Source: a virus (taxonomy: Duplodnaviria; Caudoviricetes). From it: DNA of 53,217 bases. Numbering within the stretch: the stretch's first letter is position 1; each line of letters opens with the position of its first letter. The stretch is from IMG/VR virus record IMGVR_UViG_3300009548_000009, positions 1-53,217 of that record; one strand, given 5' to 3'. Made by a program: the position numbers and the translations under genes. The notes under the pieces were generated by a model. That model was not told where the DNA came from. It ran no database searches and was given only the letters and a program-made list of their open reading frames with translations. Positions 18,053-26,291 of this stretch are shown piece after piece.

Positions 18053-18738
18053 TTTTCAGCCTCTTTTTCTTCTAATCCAACTGCTTTGTCTTTGTTTAGC
18101 GCACCCTGAAGGTTAGCACCCCAAAGGTTAGCACCCCAAAGGTCAGCACCCCAAAGGTTAGCACTCTGAAGGTTAGCACTCTGAAGGTTAGCACCCCAAA
18201 GGTTAGCACCCCGAAGGTTAGCACGCTGAAGGTCAGCACCCTGAAGGTCAGCACCCCGAAGGTTAGCACGCTGAAGGTCAGCATCCCGAAGGTCAGCACC
18301 CTGAAGGTCAGCATCCCGAAGGTCAGCACCCCAAAGGTTAGTACCCTGAAGGTTAGCATCCTGAAGGTCAGCACCCCAAAGGTCAGCACCCCAAAGGTTA
18401 GCACTCTGTAACATCTGTGGTGTAAACCACGATTCCAAATCGGCGATGTTGAAGATACTACGCGCTACTGCTGCGAATGCTTCTTTACAAGCTCGGAGTT
18501 TATAGCCACGTTTGATTACCCACCCATCTGGGTAATACTTATCAGCTACGTCGTGTACAATATCATCTCGTATCTGGTCTGGAAACAACACTTCAAATTT
18601 AATATGCGGTCTTTTTCCATAACGTAGGTCATCATCAAGCGTTGCTAAAAGTTCATCATGCGAACACACTTTCGGTTGTGCGTAAACTTTCCATTCTCCA
18701 TCTATCTTTTCGGTTATTACCGCTAAACCTTGGCACAT
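18049..18738 (-). CDS. Pentapeptide-repeat protein
   Basis: 20 A(D/N)Lxx repeats after a ~110-aa unique domain; ends EKEAEK. Confidence 0.93.
   Translation of the reverse strand: MCQGLAVITEKIDGEWKVYAQPKVCSHDELLATLDDDLRYGKRPHIKFEVLFPDQIRDDIVHDVADKYYPDGWVIKRGYKLRACKEAFAAVARSIFNIADLESWFTPQMLQSANLWGADLWGADLQDANLQGTNLWGADLRDADLQGADLRDADLQRANLRGADLQGADLQRANLRGANLWGANLQSANLQSANLWGADLWGANLWGANLQGALNKDKAVGLEEKEAEK
18103..18402 (-). repeat. 20 x 15-bp tandem repeat encoding the pentapeptides
   Basis: Unit GCT-RAC-CTT-YRG-VRT. Confidence 0.95.
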
Positions 18739-18739
18739 C

Positions 18740-19300
18740 TCAGTCCAACCCCTCTATAAGTTGTTCAACTACAAGGTCGGGAGTTACGTGTCGGGCGTTG
18801 GCATAGTCAAAGAGAGAAAGTAATATCCCCTCATCCATAACCATGCTGATCTTAGAAAAGTAGCCACTCTTTTTAACCATTTAGTCCACTTCCGTTGATA
18901 ATAGCTTTAGAAGCTCCACGCGGATTTTCAAGTCTCCACGTCTCTCGTGCTCGCAGACGATCTCGTTTTTCATCTTCTGCACTACCTTCAGCATGTCCCT
19001 GTGCGCGTCAAGTGCAGCCTCGTAACCTTCAACGTCGCGAAGCATGATTTCACTAGCTGCTTTTTGGCTGTCAAGGTTCGGATTAATAAGCTTGCCTGTG
19101 ATCTTGCTGACCTCAGTTGCCGCCTTAACGAACGCCTGAGCCTTCGCTAAGTTGAGTTGATCCATGACTCCTGCAGCTTCGTATTCGGTTTCTGCGATTG
19201 CGTCACTCAACGACTTTATGTGGTTCCGCGAGTTGCGGAGATCCCGAAGAATCTGTTCCGCTGTCGCCTCGACGGATGACTTAAGAATTGGTTCTTGCAT
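18740..19300 (-). CDS. 46-aa RHH-like ORF (18740-18880) and 139-aa coiled-coil protein (18881-19300)
   Basis: GAGGTGA RBS before 19300; the stop and start are adjacent. Confidence 0.65.
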
Positions 19301-19317
19301 TTTTAGTCACCTCTTTT

Positions 19318-19470
19318 GTTAACCTTGGTATTAACCTAGGTTAACTTTTAGGCTGGATACACTCTCATGTACCCATTTACCTTAATGCATCCTTTCAATA
19401 AAAAGCTTTCTATTTACCTCTAATAACAAAAATAGTACAAAAAAAGAAAGCGAGTGTTAACCTAGGTTAA
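19318..19470 (-). promoter_or_regulatory. Archaeal-type promoter (GAAAGCTTTTTATTG, 19396-19410) bracketed by perfect palindromes TTAACCTAGGTTAA (19331-19344, 19457-19470)
   Basis: Purine-rich BRE plus TTTTAT box in a 175-bp intergenic gap upstream of 19300. Confidence 0.65.
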
Positions 19471-19475
19471 TTAGA

Positions 19476-19940
19476 TTAACGGCGTTTATGCATCGCCTTT
19501 TCGTATTCACAAAATTGCTCTTCCGTAACATTGTGGCCATCAACGGTATATTTGAATTCACCTTTACCTACTGATAACACCGTCTCTCGCGGAATCGTAT
19601 TATACTCCTCACAAAGGTACGTATCCACCTTTCCTTTAACTTGTCGTGCAATCGAATCAATATCTTGCCGCCGTTCCTTCTCTCGTAACTTGTGTAGACG
19701 TTGCCATTCTCTATGTTTCTTCTCATCTCTGCGTTTTTGTAACGTAGATTCGAGGCCTAACTGTTCTTCAATACCTTCAATGGCGCTTTCAGCAATCTTT
19801 TGTGCGTCTTCGTTACCAGGAACAAACCATGCATCATCATATGTTTCTTCATAATAACCTTCTCGCCATTCGGTTTCGTCATACTCTTTAAGGAGTCTAT
19901 CACGTAACGCGGTTAACTGCTCACGCTCTGTCTGTTTCAT
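19476..19940 (-). CDS. Hypothetical protein
   Basis: 154 aa, with GGAG RBS coupled to the parB-like stop. Confidence 0.7.
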   Translation of the reverse strand: MKQTEREQLTALRDRLLKEYDETEWREGYYEETYDDAWFVPGNEDAQKIAESAIEGIEEQLGLESTLQKRRDEKKHREWQRLHKLREKERRQDIDSIARQVKGKVDTYLCEEYNTIPRETVLSVGKGEFKYTVDGHNVTEEQFCEYEKAMHKRR

Positions 19941-19951
19941 TTTTCATCTCC

Positions 19952-21001
19952 TCATTTAAACAATACGACATAAACTATTTCCTGGGGGTTCCACTCAACT
20001 TTATATTTCTCTATCCATGCCTCTTTAAACGTCTCAAGATCGGGATACCCAGCGCTCTTTGCATCCATGTCTTTGAACCGGCCCAGTGGTCTTTTGAACA
20101 CGTCAGAAATTTCAAGCGGCTCAGCTCTGATGAGTGGTTCAACAATAGCATCCTCCCTTAATCCTGGTTTGAGCGTGCGTTCTATGAGAACCCGTTTCGT
20201 TCCGGACCGCAGGGCCTCGTAGTCTGCTGCTGTCATGACAAGTGTGGGCCGGAGCGGTTCAAGGTGCTCGAGTCGTCGTTGCGTTAACTCAGTTATAGGC
20301 GTTTCTGGTTCCTCACGGGCTTCTGAAATTAATAGTCGCGCTCTGTCGCTTGTGAGCTTCGGATGCGTCACTATCTCCTGCGCTACTTCCCTTTGTCTTT
20401 CTTTATCAGGAATATGTGATATTTCATACGCTATTCTGTCAGTTATCGAACCTTGCGGGATCTTGCCTGACTGATCTGATGGTGCTACAAGGTCCTGCAC
20501 TTCCGGATCAAGGTCTGTTACGAGTTTAACAAACTGATTAATTCTTGCTGTTGATATGCCAAGCCTGCGCGCCATTGCCCGTTGATTTGGATACTTTGAG
20601 CTAAAGCGCTTTTGTAATTCTAAAAGAGCTCTTCCCATCTCAACGCCGCTGAGGTTTCGACGGATGGTAGAAACGAGTCCAAATTCCAAGACCTCATCGT
20701 CCGTTTTCGACAGGATAAGTATAGGAACAGTGGCTTGCTTTGCCTTAATCGCGGCCTGTAAGCGCCTGTCGCCGTCATAGACCTCGTAAAGATGGCCTTC
20801 TTCGTCTTCCTCTATCGGTCGCACGCGTATCTCAGTATCAACTCCTCGAACTGAAATACTCTGGAATAGTTGTTTATCCTCCTCTTTATCGACCTCTGTG
20901 CGAGGGTTTAAGCGATTAGGGCGGATTAGTTTTGTACTAACAAATAATCGTTTTGTTTCTTTTGGGTATTCTTCCTTTGTTTCAATTCCTTCTGTTGCCA
21001 T
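19952..21001 (-). CDS. ParB/Srx-family protein with HTH and C-terminal ASCH-like domain
   Basis: NPR, YEVYDGDRRLQA, RRNLS, HTH NQRAMARRLGIS. C-terminus SGTKRVLIER...DAKSAGY..LETFKEAW...VYVVLF. Confidence 0.85.
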   Translation of the reverse strand: MATEGIETKEEYPKETKRLFVSTKLIRPNRLNPRTEVDKEEDKQLFQSISVRGVDTEIRVRPIEEDEEGHLYEVYDGDRRLQAAIKAKQATVPILILSKTDDEVLEFGLVSTIRRNLSGVEMGRALLELQKRFSSKYPNQRAMARRLGISTARINQFVKLVTDLDPEVQDLVAPSDQSGKIPQGSITDRIAYEISHIPDKERQREVAQEIVTHPKLTSDRARLLISEAREEPETPITELTQRRLEHLEPLRPTLVMTAADYEALRSGTKRVLIERTLKPGLREDAIVEPLIRAEPLEISDVFKRPLGRFKDMDAKSAGYPDLETFKEAWIEKYKVEWNPQEIVYVVLFK

Positions 21002-21041
21002 AATAGTTCACCCCCATTAGGGAAAACCTAAATGAAGGCTT

Positions 21042-21059
21042 CCAATAAAAGCTTATTGG
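21042..21059 (-). promoter_or_regulatory. Putative promoter of parB-like gene (AAGCTTTTATT inside palindrome CCAATAA-n4-TTATTGG)
   Basis: About 45 bp upstream of the ATG; GGGGGTGA RBS at 21008-21015. Confidence 0.5.
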
Positions 21060-21137
21060 TTTGTGATACGTTAAAGCTATGTTACACAAGGGTGTTACAA
21101 ACCATAGAGGGCTTATTTTTAATTATTAACGCGAAAA

Positions 21138-21560
21138 TCAATAATTTCCGTGTCGTTCGTTTTTTCTCCCATTATAATAATCTCTAGCCTTTTCTTCCGT
21201 GATCCAACCAGTAGAGATCAATTCAGTTACTCGACCGTACGGTGGCTTAAATCCTTTATACGTCGTGTGAGTTGGGTTTTGGCAGCGTGTATGGTCGCAG
21301 CATACAAAAAGCTTACGTCTGTCTGGTAGCGTGTACCATGTTGTCAAAAAGAGATATCTGCGAATTTGAACGTATCTCCCTTGACCATCATCTGTCTCCA
21401 CCATCTCCTTAGTTAGATAAAGTTGACCTGTATCGTCCTTATCTTTCAGAGTCCAACACCCTGGTTCAAAACATCCGTCTATCCTATCTCGCAGCTCTTT
21501 TCTTATCCGGACGTGGTTTTGTTCGGAGAGTCCCGGTCTAAGTCGGAAGATATTTGCCAT
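21138..21560 (-). CDS. His-Me finger (HNH-like) protein, possibly degenerate
   Basis: CW...RRYLF...CCDHTRCQNPTH resembles the C-x3-C-x-NP-x-H Zn loop. Start moved to MANIF, about 25 nt after a TATA box. Confidence 0.55.
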   Translation of the reverse strand: MANIFRLRPGLSEQNHVRIRKELRDRIDGCFEPGCWTLKDKDDTGQLYLTKEMVETDDGQGRYVQIRRYLFLTTWYTLPDRRKLFVCCDHTRCQNPTHTTYKGFKPPYGRVTELISTGWITEEKARDYYNGRKNERHGNY

Positions 21561-21584
21561 AAATATTAGTGTGTGCTGATTATA

Positions 21585-21801
21585 TATAAAAGAGTTGCAA
21601 ATCTGTAAATCTGTACCGACTCCGCGAAGCAATCTCCTCCTAACGAAAGTGATATTCAGATGTGCGTGCTATTTACCAACTTATTTATAGTATAAAATAC
21701 AATAACAAACGAAGGATTTTTTTGATTAACTTACTCACTCTTTTTTTGAGAGGGGTCTTTCGGAAGCTAACACAGGTTTACAGATTTGTAACTTTTTTAT
21801 A
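21585..21801. promoter_or_regulatory. 30-bp inverted repeat forming twin divergent TATA-containing promoters
   Basis: 21585-21614 and 21772-21801 are inverted copies (27/30) of ACAGRTTTACAGATTTGYAACTYTTTTATA. Confidence 0.7.
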
Positions 21802-21882
21802 AAGGATCTGTAAGTTTAATCCAGCTTAACTTTCTCATCACAATCATAACCTTTATCATCTCTCCTTATAAGGTTACAACTT

Positions 21883-22203
21883 ATGCCATCAATCAAACTG
21901 GATCTCGACGATGATCTCTTAGAGAAAGTAGAGCGGGACACTCTTGACAACGGCACATCTAGGCAGAAGGTCATTCAACATGCCGTTGAGATATATTACT
22001 CATCAGAAGCGCATAATATTGATCTGCTTAAAAAAGAGCTGGAACACAGGGGTGAATTGCTGCAGCTGCGAGAGAAAGAATATACAAAGCTTAACTTTGA
22101 TTTTGAATGGTTACGGGGGCAGTATGATCTCGTTACGACAAAACTTCTACCTGCAGCGGAGCCTTGGTGGAAGCGATGGTTTAGGAGGAAAAATAAAGAC
22201 TGA
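21883..22203 (+). CDS. RHH (CopG-like) regulator with coiled coil; the only convincing plus-strand gene
   Basis: SIKLDLDDDLLEKVE...GTSRQKVIQHAVE, C-terminal LLP...WWKRWF; TTTATCA box about 30 nt upstream. Confidence 0.8.
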   Translation: MPSIKLDLDDDLLEKVERDTLDNGTSRQKVIQHAVEIYYSSEAHNIDLLKKELEHRGELLQLREKEYTKLNFDFEWLRGQYDLVTTKLLPAAEPWWKRWFRRKNKD

Positions 22204-22260
22204 GATGAGCTTCGTTATTTCGCTTTTTGCTTATTTCACGAAATTATTTCTCACCACATT

Positions 22261-22776
22261 CTATACAGGTCCCCCGTTTGCTGTGCCGTAAGTAACAAAC
22301 TCATCCTGCTGGAACGCTATATTAATCAAAGCTCCAAATAAACTCAAGCTTGCTGTCTGGGTTGAGTAACGGTTTATCGTTGGTGTGTGTCCCATAACCT
22401 GCTCGTATATGGCGCTGTTAACCGGGGTGTGTGGGCTATATCCAAAGCTCGTGCTGTTAAAGAAGTTACTCGCGTCGTTCGTATTGTCAAACTGTTTTAT
22501 GTTTAGGGCATAGGTATACATTGAGCCGTTCGACCAGATCAAGGTCGGCGTTGTGTTCTGTAGCGTCATAGAGACCTGCACAGCGTCGGAGCCGTTCTGA
22601 ACTATATTGGAACTGATTAAGGTTAGTCCAGAGTTGTCTCTAGTCGAATTTACAAACGCATTTGCATAGGCGTTCACATGTGACGTTTTAATTAAAGGGG
22701 GCAGCGAGGTGCATCCGGCTCCAGCTATAAATAATGTCATTATGAGTACGGTAATAACTAGTAATTTTTTTATCAT
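22261..22776 (-). CDS. Lipoprotein (surface protein)
   Basis: MIKK, hydrophobic stretch and AGAGC lipobox; Asn/Thr-rich with several N-x-S/T sequons; GGTGA RBS. Confidence 0.72.
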   Translation of the reverse strand: MIKKLLVITVLIMTLFIAGAGCTSLPPLIKTSHVNAYANAFVNSTRDNSGLTLISSNIVQNGSDAVQVSMTLQNTTPTLIWSNGSMYTYALNIKQFDNTNDASNFFNSTSFGYSPHTPVNSAIYEQVMGHTPTINRYSTQTASLSLFGALINIAFQQDEFVTYGTANGGPV

Positions 22777-22777
22777 T

Positions 22778-22933
22778 TCACTCACCTTGCCGTAAACTGA
22801 TTAACCGCCGCGTTAATAGGTGCTGGATAACCTCATCCCACGTCACGCGTCTGTTCTGTTCTTTTGATCTCTCTTGCTTTATTCGCTGTAGCTCCCAGTA
22901 TGTTTTATCACTTAATGGTATTGATTTATTCAT
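22778..22933 (-). CDS. 51-aa RHH/antitoxin-like DNA-binding protein (not in ORF track)
   Basis: MNKSIPLSDKTYWELQRIK...VTWDEVIQHLL. Confidence 0.65.
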   Translation of the reverse strand: MNKSIPLSDKTYWELQRIKQERSKEQNRRVTWDEVIQHLLTRRLISLRQGE

Positions 22934-23282
22934 TTTTTACCTTCTTATCGTCCTTATTATCAAAATATCTCTCCCAAAACTCTTGGTATTCTTTGTATTC
23001 TTTACATGTAAGTGTGCAAGCGTCTTCCTCATACAACTTACCTTGACAACCATCACAAGGACTTTTCATAATGTTCTCCATATCCATTCACCTCATTGTA
23101 GTTATCCTACAATAATACTATAATACACTAATAGTATATATAATTACCTAACACACCTACACAAAGCTCAGTCCTAGCAAAAAGGCTACGCTATCTTTAT
23201 ATACGGACTCTCAAAATCGCGATTGGACTGCGGAGTGGCCTTGTTTTCTATGGTGCAGCAATAACACTAAGGAGTTAAGGGT

Positions 23283-23314
23283 AAAAAAGAGAAAAGAAGG
23301 GCATTATAGCCCTT
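23283..23314 (-). terminator. Terminator of the structural operon
   Basis: Hairpin AAGGGC-TATAAT-GCCCTT followed by CTTTTCTCTTTTTT, 3 nt after the stop at 23318. Confidence 0.65.
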
Positions 23315-23317
23315 GAC

Positions 23318-24393
23318 CTACTCGGCCTTTTCGACAAACTTTAGGACCACGGTCAGTATAACACCCGCAAAAAGTAGGATCGCAGATTCTAGGGCGCTTA
23401 GGTGTACATAGCTTTGTAACGCATTTACGCCAGCTAGCAACATGCTTATAATAAGCACCCACACCCATGCCCCTGGAAGCGTTCCTGACGCCTTGAGCAT
23501 ATATCTTGCCATGCTATCCTCCAGTGTTTAGGTATTAGCCGCTCAAATTTATCTCTGCGCTGGCCGGCAGTATGGTTAGCACAGCGTTCAAGACAGCCGT
23601 TATCAAAGAGATCATCTCAGTCTCCGTGGGTGTTAGCGCAGAGTCCGACTGGACTAAGGCATTTAACCCACCAAGTATAACGCTAACGACTATGCGGAGA
23701 TCGACAGTTGTAGTACTCATTTTCTTTATCACCTCCATTTATGTTGATTGTTTTATAAAGATCTATTTTAATGATGGAACCAAACAAACGCGCTCACTAA
23801 CGCACCGATAACTAACATTAATAATGTATTTATGTATTTCTGTATAAAAGACTGCTGCTCTGATTCTTCCGTTGCACTCTTCAAAGTTAGGCTGGCCACC
23901 TTCCCTAAAATAGTATCCTGAGCTGTATCTATATTATCGAGCCGCGCTATAACGACGTCCTGTTTTGTTGAAATATACTTTAGTTTTACCCCTAATTCTA
24001 TGATCTGGTCATGAGACTTATCAGCCAGCTCCGTCGCATCGCATGTGTCTTTGTCTATCCCACCCAGCTCGGCAGTTACCCCCTTCATCCGTTCCTGAAT
24101 GACAATTACCGCGTCATGGGCTTCACGCGCCAAGCGTTCTAGCTCTTCAATCCTTGGCCCGCGCTCGATTGATTGTACGTTTAATGCGTCTTGTGCATCT
24201 TGTGCTCTGTCTTCCATGTATCTATTTAACCCCCGTGTCGTGCCATATCAAAAAAGAATATAGTGACCGCAGATAGCCCCGCGTAGACTGCCGCTGAAAA
24301 GCTGGCTGAGATAATAAGGAGTGGTTGTAAAAGCATTCCATCCGTAAGGAAGAACGCCTGAAGCACAATAAACATCACTACGGTTATAATCAT
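23318..24393 (-). CDS. Four membrane proteins: 23318-23512 and 23535-23720 (2-TM, holin-like), 23768-24217 (coiled coil plus C-terminal TM), 24226-24393 (2-TM)
   Basis: Hydrophobic profiles, GGAGG RBSs, and position after the tail-fibre genes. Confidence 0.62.
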
Positions 24394-24436
24394 TAATCTT
24401 TTGCGTTTTGTCCACCATGACTTTGGCGTAGATGAT

Positions 24437-25094
24437 TTAGTTGCTTTTTTTCTCCTGTTCAGACTCGGCTGCCGTGTGTCTCTCAGCCGCCTCCTCTACG
24501 GACAACTCTTTAGCCTTCTTTCGGGCAAATATAGACCTGAGCATCTCTCGCCCTTCTGGGGTCGTGTAAAGGTATATCTCAGTATCTTTCTTGCAGCGTA
24601 AGCATATCCAGGTGCGGCCCTTCTTGCCACCTACGAGGTCGAGCTCTTTGGCGGTATTCCCACAGATGTCACACCCCTCTTTAGGGATCTTGACCCGCAA
24701 CCATTCAATCTCTTCTTCTGCCATTTTAGCCTTTATCCTCTTCTCTTTGTCTCTCTCGTAGCTTTTCTATTATCTTAGCCGCCTCTTCATCGCTCAACTC
24801 GTCGTACACGCTTTTCGCGCAGACTTCAGTAAGAAATCCGTTTAGCTCATCTTCTGTAAACTCTGTAATGAGCTCATATACGCGTGTTATGGTGTCCATT
24901 TTTTACTCACCTGTTTTCTTACCTTCCTCCCACTTTTCCTTGCAGCCTGGAGCCGCTGATTTCTTCCCGTGAAAGACGTGTCGTTTTCCTTCTACTATCT
25001 TAATCTGTCGCAGTTCACGGTTTCCTATCTGCAGCCCACAGTGTGAGCATGTTTCTGTTTCCATTTCTGTTTCCATTTCTACTCTACTCCGCAC
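24437..25094 (-). CDS. Three small ORFs (24437-24724 Zn-finger; 24726-24899 acidic; 24903-25094 Zn-finger)
   Basis: CDICG...CLRC and CSHCG...H...C; tightly coupled. Confidence 0.62.
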
Positions 25095-26280
25095 TTGGTA
25101 TATACTGAAGTCTTGCGCCCTCCGCTACTGTGTCAACCACTTCATACCGCTGCGCGAAAATCCCTGCCGCAGTGCCATCGTTGTATAGTCCACCCGCGAC
25201 CAAAACGTTATTGCCAGTACTAGCCATCCACGTTTCGTCGCAGAAGTACGTGCTCGCCGATCCGCTGCCTGTAATCGGTAGGAAATAACACGTATTAGCC
25301 CCGAATATACCAGTAGGAATCATTGCTTTTATCCAACTCCCCCCCGCACCGTTCAAAATCGTGCCATATGAGACATACGGCGATGCGTAGTCAGCCCATT
25401 GATAATATGTCGGTCTGGTTCGGCTCTGTGGGGCTATCCACGCGGCTAGTGAAGTGTTAACGTTTAGCCCATCTATCACAGTTCTTTGGTTCCCCCAGAG
25501 ATTTTCGATTCCTCGATAACTCATAGCAGTTGTGCTGTTTCCGGTCGTTCCATAAGACAAGTTCCCACGATCCGTTCCTGTTGTCCCAGTCGCACCGGTG
25601 TTTGCCAATGCGCCAGCACCCGTTATCCCATTACCAATCGCGCTTTGAGAATTAAGTGACGCGTATTCAATTATATAAAGCAGTTGCAGCGCCGAGAGTG
25701 CTTGTATGTTCATCAGTTCCCACCCCGTATCCCTAGCTTCTGCGTATGAGCGCGCTACTGTATTCGTTTCAAAGGTAGTTGGCGTCACCCCTGCTACGGA
25801 GTCGATCATTATTGTATTTTGGTTTAGGTACCCCTCAAATGCGCTTACATAAGCATAATCGACATAGTTTCCATCAACTACAAAGAGTTGGTGCGTGTCC
25901 GCTTCGGTAAGCGTATGCGTGAGGCCGGAGTGTAATGTAACCGTGCTTCCTATATCCCCCATATCAGCGATATAAAACCTTGCTTCCCCTGAACCATAAT
26001 AATATGTCTCCATATAACACAAAAACGCTGGGATCTGCACCATCACCTGCCCTAGCGAGCCGGTGTTCGTATCGATATAACATCGCGTGCCCCATGTCGA
26101 TGTCACGGTGCCATCGTCCCACAGGTTAACGCGCCGCATATTCTCCCACGTGCCGAACGAATTAAATAACGTGCCGCCGCTCGCGGGGCCTGTGTAAGTT
26201 CCATTCGTGCCGTCATGTCCTATCCTCGTCAGCGTCGGCGACGAAGCATTACCAGCCCAGTTTACCCCGATTATTGTCAT
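25084..26280 (-). CDS. Tail fibre/receptor-binding protein, C-type-lectin (Mtd/FGE-like) fold
   Basis: VMVQIP.F, YVSAFEG, LYIIEYASLNSQ, AMSYRGIENLWGN and terminal GG...G..AGIF...GARL. Confidence 0.75.
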   Translation of the reverse strand: MTIIGVNWAGNASSPTLTRIGHDGTNGTYTGPASGGTLFNSFGTWENMRRVNLWDDGTVTSTWGTRCYIDTNTGSLGQVMVQIPAFLCYMETYYYGSGEARFYIADMGDIGSTVTLHSGLTHTLTEADTHQLFVVDGNYVDYAYVSAFEGYLNQNTIMIDSVAGVTPTTFETNTVARSYAEARDTGWELMNIQALSALQLLYIIEYASLNSQSAIGNGITGAGALANTGATGTTGTDRGNLSYGTTGNSTTAMSYRGIENLWGNQRTVIDGLNVNTSLAAWIAPQSRTRPTYYQWADYASPYVSYGTILNGAGGSWIKAMIPTGIFGANTCYFLPITGSGSASTYFCDETWMASTGNNVLVAGGLYNDGTAAGIFAQRYEVVDTVAEGARLQYIPSAE

Positions 26281-26291
26281 TTTTCTCTCCC

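Noticed and set aside
18096-18404. 102-aa VLTFG-repeat ORF, and the possibility that the 15-bp repeats are a CRISPR array
   Set aside because: It is an alternative frame of the pentapeptide gene. The repeats are contiguous with no unique spacers, and there are no cas genes.
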